Part shown: positions 34,769-45,608 of the stretch, piece after piece
Position numbering within the stretch: position 1 is the first letter of the stretch
How the letters are laid out: each line of letters starts with the position of its first letter
Assembly (NCBI GenBank): GCA_950097015.1
Contig: CATNEN010000038.1
Location: 27,590,001 to 27,654,000, forward strand
DNA length: 64,000 nt
Direction: 5' to 3'
Origin: Macrostomum hystrix
Taxonomy: Eukaryota; Animalia; Platyhelminthes
Translations under genes and position numbers: made by a program
Notes under the pieces: generated by a model
Database searches by the model: none
What the model saw: the letters and a program-made list of their open reading frames with translations, nothing else
Told to the model about the DNA's origin: nothing

Positions 34769-37700
34769 ACATTGCTCTGACAAAATAGGACTTTCTGCTT
34801 GGATCGACCTGCAGCCTTTCCGGCTCTCGCCTAACTCTTTGCGGCCTCTGCTGCGGCTCCTGATCCCTAGCTTCACCTATCTGAGCTGCCTCACCTACAC
34901 CTTCGGCCCTAACACTTTCTGCAACTTCCCCGTGCACAGAGGATGGGATAGGGGACAGGGTTGGAGAGGGCAACGGACTGTCCGACGGCAGGACAACCAC
35001 ATCACCATACGCCTCCCCCGCCTCTTCTCCGTTGCAGATCTCTGGGCCGGCCGGTTCGTGGAGATTCGACCTGGAGACAACTCGTGGTCGCAGGTGCCAC
35101 CTTCGAGCGCTCCACAGGCCGATCTCGTCGTCGTCGTCGTCGTCGTCGTCGCTGTCGGCAGGCTCACCGGCCGCGTCAGCTGCTGGAGGGCTACCCTTGG
35201 GTGGCCTTCCGAGCTTCCGCCGTGCCGGGTTCGCCTCTTCCGTCCTGTCGCATATTGAGGCCGGTACCGGGAGCAGGTTGCGCCGGTGGACTACCAGCAC
35301 CTGCTTCCTGGCCTTCCTGGTGTTGCCGTGTCGCCTGATCTTGTACACCGTTTCGCCCTTACACTCGAGCACTACGTAGACCGATTGTCTAGGCCGATGG
35401 AATTTGCTGATCTCGCCGGATTCGATCACCGGGTTGTTGAGCAGGACCAGCTGGCCTGGGCGGAGTGGTCTCGCCTGCGGTCTTTCTTGATAGTGTTCTT
35501 CTCGCAGCACCTGGTACCTCTCGAGCTTGTCCCGGGCACAATTGACCGCCTGGTCTATGCGCTCCTGGAAATGTCGGAGATAATCTGGCAGGTCTGCGTA
35601 CTCGGCCAGCGCAGTCAACGTGTTGTCTACGGGCAGCCGGTACTCCCGTCCGAAGACCAGGAAGTACGGCGTGTACCCGGTCACAGGGTGGACACTGGTG
35701 CGCAACGCGATTAAGCACGCGGGCAGCATCAGGTCCCAATCCTTGTGATCCTTTTCCAACAAGCACGTGAGCACTGACTTGATTTGGCGATTCATGTTTT
35801 CGACCTGGCCATTGCTGGCCGGGTTATAGGGACACGTGTGCGTGTGGCGGATGCCATACAGCTTGCAGAAGTCCTCAAACTCTGCACTCATGAAGTTCGT
35901 CCCCTGGTCCGTGTGCAGCCAGGCTGGTGCACCGTACTCGGGAATGAACCTATCGAGCAGCAGTTTGATCACGGTTTTCGTCTTCTGGTTTCGCATCGGA
36001 TAGGCAAACGGGTACTTCGATGTTGCATCACACAGGGTGAGGATGTACCGATGTCCTCGGGCACTTGGTTGAGACAAAGGCCCGATTACGTCGGCGTGCA
36101 CCCTTCCCAAAACCTCACACACTGGAAAGCTCTGCGGTGGGACTATCTCCTTCCGCCTTGACTTGCTCTCCAGGCATGTCCTGCAACGTGCCACGTACCC
36201 CGTCGCCTCCGACCAGAGACCGGGTCTCCAGAACCTGTCTCTAACTCTCTGCACTGTCTTGGACTGGCCGAGATGACCCGCCAGGGGTGAGTCATGCAAG
36301 GCCTCAAAGACACGCGAGTCTAACGCTTTCGGTAGCACTGGTCGCGGCGGCCGGTTGTCATCAAAGTCTATGACGAGCAACCCGTCGCGCACCTCCAGCT
36401 CCTCAAACGCACCCAGGAGGTCTCTGACCTCCTTCGGCATCTGGAGTCGCTGATCGAACCTGGGCTTGTCTCTTCCTGACAGCTTCAGTTCCGTCAGGTA
36501 TCGGATTGCCGGGTCTTGGTGCTGAGCTTCTAGCAACTCAACCTGGCTAACCGGCACCTTCAGGAACTCTGTCACCACTGCTCTTACCGGAGGCAGCTCT
36601 CCACTGTCCTTGTCCTCCTTGTCCTTGGACCCAGGAGCCCTGGCAGCAGGGGGTGTCCTTGACAGGCGAGACTGGTCGCAACGAGTCTGACAACTCCCCT
36701 CCACCTCTGCTCCCTGTCCCACGGAGAGACCAGCAGTCGGCAGGCAGGACTGGCTGCAACGAGCTAACTGCTGATCTTCCTGACCCGAGGACCTTGACAC
36801 AGCGGGATCAGTCGCTCGCAGGCAGGACTGGCTGCAACGAGCCAGCGACTTCTCCCCTGTTTCCGAGAACTCCTCAACAGCAGGATTCGGTGTCTGCAGG
36901 CAGGACTGGCTGCAACGAGCGGACACTTCCTCCTCTGTCTCCGGACCCACCAGAGGTTCCGGATCTGGCGCCTGCAGGCAGGACTGGCTGCAACGAGCGG
37001 GCACACTCTCCTTCACCTCTGAGCCTTCCGCCACCACCTGAGTTTGCACCTGTGCCTTGGCATCACAGCCCCGCACCCAGTGCTCCTCCTTTGTGGCTCC
37101 CTGGCTCCAGCTACTCTCCGTAGCTACCGTCTGCACGGCGGCGTCCACAGTCTGCAGGCAGAACTGGCTGCAACGAGCTGACTGCGGGGCCCCGTTGACA
37201 GGTGCTTCCCGCCTCACAGGCTGGCCTGCGGTCGTGTCTTCCTGACACCCTTGCAGCACCGCCTTATCTTGGCGCACCTCGACAGGCTCCAGGACCGGCT
37301 CTTCCACCAGTCCTTCAGACACAGCTGCTTCCCATCCTGGTCGGCCGTCAATGACACCTTGAGCCTTGGGTTTCACAGCTCGCAGTGGTTCTGCGGCTCC
37401 TGTGATTTCACCCTGTTCATTGCCCCTTTCCTGTCCCTCCTCCAGCTGACTCGAAAATTGGCGGGTGCAAGCACTCGCACCGAACTGGTTGTGGGGTGTC
37501 ACCACCCCACAAGAACAATTCGCCGGGTTATCCGGCTTTCTCGACATCGAATCAGCATTTTGGTGAGACTTTCCAGGACGATGAACAATGGTGAAGTCAA
37601 ACTCACTCATTCTCTCAACCCAACGGCCTAGGATGCCTGTCGCCTCGGTCTGATGCATGAGCCACAGCAGGGCCTTGTGATCGGACCGGACAACAAACTT

Positions 37701-39860
37701 CTTGCCAACCAGGAAGTACCGGAAATGCCGCATCGCATCTACGACTGCCAGCAATTCTTTGCGGGTCGTAGTGTAGCGGGTCTCCGGCCCTCGCAGCTTC
37801 CGGCTGTAGTAGCCAACAGGCCTTTCTACTCCATCAGACTGCAGCTGATTCAAACAAGCCCCTATGCGGTCATCAGAGGCATCTGTGTCCAGGACGAAAG
37901 TCACCTTCGGGTCAGAGGTGTACTCCGGGTACGCCAGTACCTCCGTTGAGCACAACGCATCCTTCAATCCCTGAAAGGCTCTCTCATGCTCTGTCTTCCA
38001 CAGACCCTTCAAGCTGGTAACGTCCCGCTTAGTGAGCTCGTGCAATGGTGCTGCAATCCCTGAGTAATTGCGGACGAACTTCTTATAGTACTGCGCCAAC
38101 CCCAAGAAGCTGCGCAACTCCTTGGCGCTTCGAGGTGTCGGCCAGCCTCTGAGCTCGGCGATCTTATCCTCGTTCGTCAGGATGCCTTCCGGTGTCACCA
38201 CATGGCCTAAGTAGTGCAGCTCCCTTTTGAACAGGTGGCACTTCTTCGGCTTCAGCTTGAACTGGGCTTCACGGATTCGAGTCAGCATCATCCTCAGATG
38301 CTCCAAATGGTCGTCAAAGGTAGGCGAGTGGACGAGTATATCATCGATATACCCCAACGCTACCTTTGGCGTCAGCCCCTCCAGCAGCTTGTTGATACAG
38401 CGCTGAAAAGACCCTGCCGAATCCGTCATGCCCATCGGCAACACAGTAAACTCAAACTGACCTCTGTGGTGAACCGAGAACGCGGTCAGGTGTCTATCCT
38501 GCTCTCTCAGCGGGATTTGCCAGAAACCTTGTGCAAGATCGAGGGCGGAATAGTACTGCGCCCCTCTCAAATGCTCAAAGGTCTGCTGAATGTCTGGCAG
38601 CGGATAGACGTGTTTCAGGCAACGGCTATTCAACTCGCGATAGTCTAAGACAATCCTGATCGTCTTGTCTTTCTTAGGGACAATCAGGAGAGGCGTGTTG
38701 TAGCTGGAGAATGTCGGCTTGATGATGCCTTTCGCCAACATCTCATCCAGCATCTTGTCCAACTGTTCCATCAAGTGAGGCGGGATCCTCCTCGGTGGAA
38801 TGCGAACTGGAGTGGGATCTGTCACAATGATCTCATGAGTGACTAAGTCAGTGACACCATGGTCCAGGGGATGCATTGCGAATGCCTCGCGGCACTCTCT
38901 CAACATCTCCTTAACCCGATGCCTCTGCTCCTCGGTCAACCTCTCACAAATCTCCACCTCCTCTAGCCATGCCTCATCGCTCTCCAGCCCTTCTGCCTGA
39001 ACCTGCCTGACCGGCGTCTCCTCTAGCTCTGGTAGATATTCGAGTTCGTCGGCCTTCAGTGGCCTCGCTAGCCCTACAAGACCATTGCGTCGAATGACCG
39101 CCGGGAAGCAAGAGGTATTGATGACTTCAACACACCCTGTCCCGTCAGCCATCGTCAGCAATGTCGGGGCCATCTCGACCTGAGACGCCCCTGGCTTCAG
39201 CCCTGACCTCAAGGACTCAACAAGCAGCGGCGTGCCGTGACAGTCAGTCCGGCCACCCGCTAGCTTCACCGCTACGAGCATCGAAGAGCGCGCTGGCACA
39301 GTGGTCTGCTCGAGTGAGTAAACCCGACTGGCCCTCGCCTCTCGCCTCGTGAACCACAGCGGCACTCTGGTTCCTGACTTCATGGTCAGCATCCCCTTCG
39401 GAAAGTCAATCTTGTGGGTGTGCTGGCGCATGAAATCAATTCCTAGGATGTTCTCGTGCTCGCCCTTCGTCACGCAGAACTCGACGTCTACAGCGTAGTC
39501 GCCGAGCCTGACCTCAAAGGCGACTCGCCCTAAAACCGGCAATCGAGAACCATCAAAGTTGCACAGGGCACTCTCTCCTGTCAGCACAGCGTGCGGCACT
39601 ACATGCCGCAGAGATGCCCACGTCTCACTTCCAATCAGACAGCGCCTGCTCCCTGAGTCTAGGAGAAAAGGCACCGTCTTCTTGGAAACCATCGCCGTCA
39701 CATAGGGGTCAGCGTTGGAGGCATACCAACGCTCGAGGAAGCTGGTGCTAGGAGAGCCCCTACCCTCTCCTCCAGCTGACTCCTCAGTCTCCCTCAGGCC
39801 CGTCCAGGAACTGGACTGCGAGGGGCACTGCCGTCCGTGCTCCTCGCCGTCCCGTTTCCC
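34743..39860 (-). CDS. pol: Pol polyprotein (protease, RT, RNase H, integrase), reached by -1 frameshift from gag
   Basis: LLDSGS protease motif, LPMG..YIDD RT, LDTDAS RNase H, HDSPLAGH..CRTC zinc finger and DDE core (ADVIGP, TDQGTNF, VENMN). The frame is open upstream to the GGGAAAC slippery site. Confidence 0.95.
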   Translation of the reverse strand, partial: GKRDGEEHGRQCPSQSSSWTGLRETEESAGGEGRGSPSTSFLERWYASNADPYVTAMVSKKTVPFLLDSGSRRCLIGSETWASLRHVVPHAVLTGESALCNFDGSRLPVLGRVAFEVRLGDYAVDVEFCVTKGEHENILGIDFMRQHTHKIDFPKGMLTMKSGTRVPLWFTRREARASRVYSLEQTTVPARSSMLVAVKLAGGRTDCHGTPLLVESLRSGLKPGASQVEMAPTLLTMADGTGCVEVINTSCFPAVIRRNGLVGLARPLKADELEYLPELEETPVRQVQAEGLESDEAWLEEVEICERLTEEQRHRVKEMLRECREAFAMHPLDHGVTDLVTHEIIVTDPTPVRIPPRRIPPHLMEQLDKMLDEMLAKGIIKPTFSSYNTPLLIVPKKDKTIRIVLDYRELNSRCLKHVYPLPDIQQTFEHLRGAQYYSALDLAQGFWQIPLREQDRHLTAFSVHHRGQFEFTVLPMGMTDSAGSFQRCINKLLEGLTPKVALGYIDDILVHSPTFDDHLEHLRMMLTRIREAQFKLKPKKCHLFKRELHYLGHVVTPEGILTNEDKIAELRGWPTPRSAKELRSFLGLAQYYKKFVRNYSGIAAPLHELTKRDVTSLKGLWKTEHERAFQGLKDALCSTEVLAYPEYTSDPKVTFVLDTDASDDRIGACLNQLQSDGVERPVGYYSRKLRGPETRYTTTRKELLAVVDAMRHFRYFLVGKKFVVRSDHKALLWLMHQTEATGILGRWVERMSEFDFTIVHRPGKSHQNADSMSRKPDNPANCSCGVVTPHNQFGASACTRQFSSQLEEGQERGNEQGEITGAAEPLRAVKPKAQGVIDGRPGWEAAVSEGLVEEPVLEPVEVRQDKAVLQGCQEDTTAGQPVRREAPVNGAPQSARCSQFCLQTVDAAVQTVATESSWSQGATKEEHWVRGCDAKAQVQTQVVAEGSEVKESVPARCSQSCLQAPDPEPLVGPETEEEVSARCSQSCLQTPNPAVEEFSETGEKSLARCSQSCLRATDPAVSRSSGQEDQQLARCSQSCLPTAGLSVGQGAEVEGSCQTRCDQSRLSRTPPAARAPGSKDKEDKDSGELPPVRAVVTEFLKVPVSQVELLEAQHQDPAIRYLTELKLSGRDKPRFDQRLQMPKEVRDLLGAFEELEVRDGLLVIDFDDNRPPRPVLPKALDSRVFEALHDSPLAGHLGQSKTVQRVRDRFWRPGLWSEATGYVARCRTCLESKSRRKEIVPPQSFPVCEVLGRVHADVIGPLSQPSARGHRYILTLCDATSKYPFAYPMRNQKTKTVIKLLLDRFIPEYGAPAWLHTDQGTNFMSAEFEDFCKLYGIRHTHTCPYNPASNGQVENMNRQIKSVLTCLLEKDHKDWDLMLPACLIALRTSVHPVTGYTPYFLVFGREYRLPVDNTLTALAEYADLPDYLRHFQERIDQAVNCARDKLERYQVLREEHYQERPQARPLRPGQLVLLNNPVIESGEISKFHRPRQSVYVVLECKGETVYKIRRHGNTRKARKQVLVVHRRNLLPVPASICDRTEEANPARRKLGRPPKGSPPAADAAGEPADSDDDDDDDDEIGLWSARRWHLRPRVVSRSNLHEPAGPEICNGEEAGEAYGDVVVLPSDSPLPSPTLSPIPSSVHGEVAESVRAEGVGEAAQIGEARDQEPQQRPQRVRREPERLQVDPSRKSYFVRAMYGLPTMFQ

Positions 39861-41083
39861 GACGTCTGAGTGCCTTGGGCCTGCAGCTCGGACTGCTGCC
39901 TGGGCTCTTGCCGTTGCTCTCTCGGGTACCCCTGAGCGTGGTGCTCATAACGCGGCTTGGGTGGCCTCGTCGGGCAATCACGCCTCAGGTGTCCGAACTT
40001 CCCGCAACCAAAGCATGCCCCTCTTGGCGGCGCCGGTCCTTCCTGCTGCACGGCTCCTTGTGGTCGGCTGAGCGCCTGGACCAGCATCTCCTGCATCTTC
40101 TGCTGATGCTGCAGCTGCTGACCCTGGACCTCGACCATCTTGGTCATCAGCGATTCGAGTCCCTTCAGCGCAGCGGTAACACCTTGCGGTGGCGGCCGCG
40201 CATTCAGGTCCCCATCCTCGCCGTGCACCATCCGAGCCGGCCCATCCTTCGCCCTCTGGACTGCCTCGTCGACCACCTCTAGGCGCTTTAACTCTCGCCT
40301 AGCTTCCAGGAGTGTCCTAGGGCGAGTCCGCAGCAGGTGCTTGCGGTTCTCAACCGAAGTCCGAACTCCCTTAATAAACTGGTCGACCAACTCATAGTCC
40401 AGGTCTCTCTGGCGAAGGTTGGTGTAGGCCTGCTCACCGAGTCCCTGCAACGCATCAGCATAATCATCAAGCGTTTCCGCTTTCTTCTGATAGCGATTGC
40501 GGAACTCGTCTCGGTACTCCTCAGGGCTACTCAGCGGCGCGAATCGCTCCACAATACGCTCCTTGAACTGGGCATACGTGAGCTCTTCGGGCAGCTTCAT
40601 CCTGAGGACGGCATTCAGGCACTGTACATCGAGGTGGTCGAGTAGAAGGGCCTTGCGTGTCTCCGAACTGCGAATCGCAGCCCGGGCGCAATACGCTTCA
40701 AACGCGTCCACCCACAGATGCACGTCCTGACCCCGAGAAAACTTGGCAATCTTCGCCGTCCTACCTTGTTGTTGTTCCACCTGCTTCTCCATCAGGTTGA
40801 GCATCCGGTACACCAGGTCAGCCGTCGCCCTGTCGTCCAGCCTCGGTCGTCGTCGCCTTGCTGCCGCTGCCGCTGCGCCCCGGTCGTCGTCCTCGCCGCC
40901 GGACTGGTCGTCTTCGCCGAAGTCGCTCTCGCCGTCCTCGCCGTCGCCGACACAGCCGTTGCCGCGGCCGTTCCACCGACTCCTGCCAGCAGCTTCCTGC
41001 AGCGCACAGCCACCGCGAGACTCCTTGCTCCGGGCTACCTGCTGCCTCTCCTCCCTCTCAGAATCCAATTCCTCTTGGGACAT
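39794..41083 (-). CDS. gag: Gag (capsid + CCHC nucleocapsid)
   Basis: ATG at 41083 (MSQEE), capsid-like RYQKKAETLDDYADAL and zinc knuckle CFGCGKFGHLRRDC. Confidence 0.93.
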   Translation of the reverse strand: MSQEELDSEREERQQVARSKESRGGCALQEAAGRSRWNGRGNGCVGDGEDGESDFGEDDQSGGEDDDRGAAAAAARRRRPRLDDRATADLVYRMLNLMEKQVEQQQGRTAKIAKFSRGQDVHLWVDAFEAYCARAAIRSSETRKALLLDHLDVQCLNAVLRMKLPEELTYAQFKERIVERFAPLSSPEEYRDEFRNRYQKKAETLDDYADALQGLGEQAYTNLRQRDLDYELVDQFIKGVRTSVENRKHLLRTRPRTLLEARRELKRLEVVDEAVQRAKDGPARMVHGEDGDLNARPPPQGVTAALKGLESLMTKMVEVQGQQLQHQQKMQEMLVQALSRPQGAVQQEGPAPPRGACFGCGKFGHLRRDCPTRPPKPRYEHHAQGYPREQRQEPRQQSELQAQGTQTSGNGTARSTDGSAPRSPVPGRA

Positions 41084-41144
41084 GGCGTTCGTATCCGCAG
41101 TGAATGAGTAAAGGCTAACTCGAATCACACCGCTTTGCCACCAA

Positions 41145-41807
41145 TGTTGTACCTGTGGTAGCGTGGCACACACAATTGGTAAAAATAACCAAGACAGGAA
41201 CTAGATTCCGAGAGAGAGAGATTATACCGGCCTCAACACTGAATGCTTCGTAGCAGTGGACAACCCGGTAGTCAGGCTAGATTACCTAGTTTCCTCGGTC
41301 GCTATCTAGGCTCTAGCAGTATTTTCTACTACTTAGACTCCCTGCTTCTGAAGCCTGGCGATGTGCAATGCTTCTAAATGCAACACACGGCCTTGCTTCA
41401 CAATAATGTTAGCAGACAAGATACAAAGATTGCAAAAGAACGCAATCGATGCGAAACGCAAACGCATGAAGACTGGAGGACAGAAACGTGCCATATTCAT
41501 ACAGAAATCGTGCTACCATGATAACAACCCCATCTCAAGGATTCGTCGGACTGTGCTCTACTTATAGTAGGAGCATTTGAGCGTTGTTATGCCAGTCTTC
41601 TTCCGAACTTAAGCGATTGCACCATGGTGTGCAATGTGACTCAGTGCGCAGACAGAGCTGGAAAGAGAGAGAGAGAGCGGAGGGGGTGGCGAGCGGAGGT
41701 GACAGTGCACGGGAAACACTAGCTACCAACCCCTAGCCCTCCCACAGACCTAGAACAGCCTGACTCACAGATTGCCTGGAGGCTGCTCAGCAGTCTACAG
41801 CACATCA
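41145..41807 (-). repeat. 5' LTR (663 bp)
   Basis: Direct repeat of 32671-33335, followed on the minus strand by the PBS. Confidence 0.95.
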
Positions 41808-41828
41808 TTTGTATAAAATAGGACACTA

Positions 41829-42326
41829 TAGTTCTCTCTATCTCTATCTATTTGCAGGGGGCCCGGGGCACTTGTCGCACAAGCGACGGAGCGGCACGCC
41901 CCCAGACCGGCGAACTAGGCGCTTAGCGCCCATCGCGCCGCCTCCCCTGAGCAGGCACCACACACAGCAGCACAGACCAGCCGGGGAGGGCAGGAGGCAC
42001 CCAGAATAGGCAGCAGTGCCCCCCACCCCAGCCCCACGCGCACAGAGCAGACCAAGCCGGGGCGGAAGGCTGATAAGAAATCAGTCCTCAGGGGGGTGAT
42101 AAGTGTACACTTGTCCAATCGCGCTGACGGAAATCCAGAAAGCGCGCGGCGGTGTACACCCGCCCCCAGCCACCCCCGCAAGGCTGAAATATGGTGCACC
42201 TCCGCCGGTCGCTAATGTCCAAACCCTCCAACAAGTCCCGAAATTAATCGTGACTTGAAGGGAGAATCGAACTAGCGTCCATTGGAGTGCGAGGCAGCGA
42301 CGCTAGCCGCTGACCCACTCGCCCCT
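41829..42326 (-). mobile_element. tRNA-derived SINE family C (GC-rich, ~500 bp)
   Basis: Minus-strand head TGGGTCAGCGG..GTTCGATTC (A/B boxes), self-complementary body and an ATAG/AG-rich tail. 7-bp TSD GACACTA at 41822-41828 and 42327-42333. Confidence 0.65.
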
Positions 42327-42766
42327 GACACTAGTTCAGCAGTACATTGCTTTTAGAAGCGCCGAGCGGCTAGGCTGCACATCTGGACAACTGGGTTATT
42401 ATTTTATTTTCTATCTGTCTGACTGGGAGGCTGAGAATGGAGTGAGACTATAGGGCGGAAAGAAAGGATGTAAAGGTAATAAAAAAGCGAAAAACTTTTT
42501 TGGGGCAATGCTTTGCGAAGATAATCAGTAAATAGCTCTGATTATATATTTGTAGAAATTTCAATTCTGGGGAACTGTGTAAATGGAAAACATATAAGTG
42601 CGAATATTAAAGTGCAAGTGCCGAGTGGCTAGGCTGAATACTGTATACAGCGTGATACAGTGAAGCTTGAGAGAGAACTAACAGATTGTCATGCAAGCTG
42701 CATGCATATTCATTGCTTGTATTGTCTGTCCTGTCATTTATTATTATTATTTTCCTGTTTAGTATC

Positions 42767-43291
42767 TTAACTGGTCTTGCACTCTCTGGGAACCGTCTTG
42801 TTGACTCCGGCGCAGCCAGCTTCGCACTCGTTGCCGTAGGTTTTGCCGTCAGAGCCGCACACCGGCTGGTAGATCAACGGACAAACGCAGCCGCAGTTGC
42901 CTTTGCTGAAATTTACGACGCCGGCGCATTTGGCGAAGCAAGCGTTTGAATAGGTCTCACCATCGCTGCCGCAAACAGGCTGATACACAGCCGGACAGAC
43001 TTCGCACTTGCAGGCGCCTGTGTTAGTTACTGGCATACCGGCGCATACGGCAGTGCAGGCGTTCGGGTAGGTCTTGCCATCGCTGCCGCAGACCGGGTCG
43101 GAGATAGCGGGGCAGACGCATCCGGGGGCTAGGGTGGGACATGGGCCCATGTCCTTGGCGCCGGAGCACTACGCCCGGCATTCGTTAGTCTCGCAGCTGG
43201 CTGGTATGGCTAGAACTTGCGGCTGAAATTGCAATGCTAACTGTGCTACTAGCACAAGCAGCACTGATACGCAGACTTGACGATTTGACAT
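42767..43291 (-). pseudogene. Kazal-type inhibitor pseudogene K1 (signal peptide, deleted domain 1, three intact Kazal domains)
   Basis: ATG at 43291 gives MSNRQVCVSVLLVLVAQLAL. An in-frame TAG at 43171-43169 occupies the position where paralogues have AAG (ECRAKC). The [13 protein letters not shown] segment is missing. Confidence 0.8.
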
Positions 43292-44134
43292 GAAACTTTT
43301 GGAGTCAAAGTTAGGTTTCTGAGTGAGTCAAAATCTGCAGAAATATTTGACAGGACTTGGCTTCTAGTGGAAAAGGTATTACTTTGGCAAAAGGACTTTC
43401 ACATCAAGCAGACTTGCACCGTGGCTCGTAATTACAGGCAATTCTTGCTGTATTCTATATTTTAGTAATGTACCCTCAAAATGTACTTACTCTTTACTGC
43501 TGCGTAGTCTGAGGGGTTGCAAGTCTGTATGTACACTTGCTGCATCTCCCAAGTAATGTGTGTGAGTGGGTGGGTGAGTATGAGTGATTGTACATTTAAG
43601 GCTTTATTATCTTATTCTGCCCACCCTACTCTGTGTTTACTTCTTCAAAATGGTGTACTCAAGTCGTAAACACCTGACCAAATGATTCAGACGGTGTTGC
43701 TATAATTAGAATAATTTTCTCCAAAAATATTAGCTTTTATTTATGCATTCAAGTAGGGCTACTGCTTGTTTTCAACTGGCACCGTGCAACTTATGTCGCG
43801 ACGCTTCCAAAATATTTTCACAGCAGTTCACTGTCAGTCCATAGATTCTTCCTAATCATCTTTCTTAGCCAGAAAATTACACGACTCATTTGTATGCTTT
43901 AAATCGACAACAATGTCAAACGAGATCGGCCGTAACGTCAGAACAGGTGCCGGGATTCATTTCGAAAAAGATAGAAAGATAAACAAATTAAATTTTTCTG
44001 CTCAAATTTATAAGTGACTGTGTTTCATTGGAAGCGGGTTAAAGACTCAAGTTATGATTTTCGATTTTCGCTTACTTATTTATAGTTTTATCGATATCTA
44101 TATCGATTTCCTCTACATGTGCCTAATCACATTT

Positions 44135-44734
44135 CCTCTACCAGGGGGGGGGAATTCCCCCCCCTGACAATTTTTTTGCTGCACCCGAACGGAACAATGC
44201 AAGCACACAAAACTCAAGAACACGGGCCAACTTTTTGTTGCGCATCTTCTGAAACAAGAAACAAGTCGCCAGCTCTTCAGACCGTCGAGATATTCAATTT
44301 TTCTGGCCGAAGGTCCGATTTTTCCCATAAGAGCTAGTGTATTTCATACACCACTATACACGAATTTGCACTGCGCCTCAGTGCGGCCTTTCCAGACCTT
44401 CAAACTTTATCAGCATGTCACCCGAATGTGCTTGCATCATCTCCGACTTCGGCGGTCACCGACCTTTATCTAGATCTATCTCTCTTATCTATCTAGACCT
44501 TCAAGAGCTACGACAGGTGGAACTAGGCCACTATGGACACCCTGAAGCGAAATTCTCCAATTTCACTGTTCAAGCCTAACTATTAGGCGCAGCTCAACCA
44601 CAGTACACCCTCGACTAGTCTGTCAACCAATCAGTCACCCCAAAGCATTCAGGTGCTGGCAAAAACATTTTCAGGCGGGGAAATTCCCCCCTTGGTATAA
44701 AAACGGGCGGCAAAATGGCTTGGTAGTCCTACTG
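44135..44734. mobile_element. Non-autonomous TIR element, copy 2
   Basis: Homologous to 25629-26179. The right end CTTGGTAGTCCTACTG is followed by TTAA. Confidence 0.7.
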
Positions 44735-44977
44735 TTAAGCAAAAGTAGCTTTTTTATCCACTATATCCACCAAAAATAATCTCTTATTTTCTTTTCCGAG
44801 CTCATTCTGCAGTTATCACTCTAGGCATTCCTGACTTAACCAGTGCCATGTAAAAGTGGTAAGTTCTCCAATACAATCCAGTACAAGTTTAAAGCCAATG
44901 CTCCTTGTTCTATGAGTAATACAAGGGTGATTTTTAAAGGACTGTTACATTAAGTCCATAAAAAATAATTAATTAAA

Positions 44978-45160
44978 CCTGCGTACGGCTGTTCAGTCCA
45001 TGGACTGGAAGGCACTACACCCTACATTACCCGAGCTAATGCTGGTACCTATTTAACAGCAGTTTGCAGAATTGAAGCAATGCCGCGTTAAGTGCCTCGT
45101 AAAACAAGTTGTTGAAAAAAGGAGTCGGGAATCAAGCTCTAACCACTAGGTTACAACCCC
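44978..45160 (-). mobile_element. SINE family A, degenerate copy
   Basis: Contains the CTGTTCAGTCCATGGACTGG, GCTGGTACCTATTTAACAGC and CTAACCACTAGG blocks. Confidence 0.7.
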
Positions 45161-45608
45161 AAGACCATCAAGACGATAAAACGAGGCATAATATATCATA
45201 TTCGTTGCGTCGTCGACTGGCAGGGATTAAACATGTCCATTTATGATCCTATGGTACATGCAAGTGCTTGTGAGGCAATATTTTAAACGCGACAGCACAA
45301 AATTTATTGGAATTTCAGGACGTTTTTCATAAGATCCTGGACTACAAAGTGACCGAATGACCCGTTGAAATTTGTAAAAAAACTACTTTTAGCGGAGTGA
45401 AAATTGCAAGCTTTTTAAGCATTGTTCGAGACAACTACATAACAAAGTTGAAAATAAAGATGGGAAAAAATAAATAAACTGGAGTGTAACATATGCTATT
45501 AACAATTCGTGATAAATGAATAATTTTGTTAATCGATAAATAAAGCCTCAAAAGTTCAGGAAAAAATTGTAGCAAGTTGTAACACTCGACTTTATCAGTG
45601 CCTTCCTT

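Larger units (their letters stand above)
32671..41807 (-). mobile_element. Full-length, recently inserted Ty3/Gypsy LTR retrotransposon
   Basis: TG..CA LTRs at 32671-33335 and 41145-41807, apparently differing only by one AG unit in a microsatellite. 4-bp TSD TTTG. tRNA-Leu-like PBS TGGTGGCAAAGCGGTG next to the 5' LTR. PPT GGAGGAGAA next to the 3' LTR. Domain order PR-RT-RH-IN. Confidence 0.97.

Noticed and set aside
34839-41111. Many plus-strand ORFs inside the retrotransposon
   Set aside because: They are antisense shadows of GC-rich gag/pol coding sequence with no motifs.
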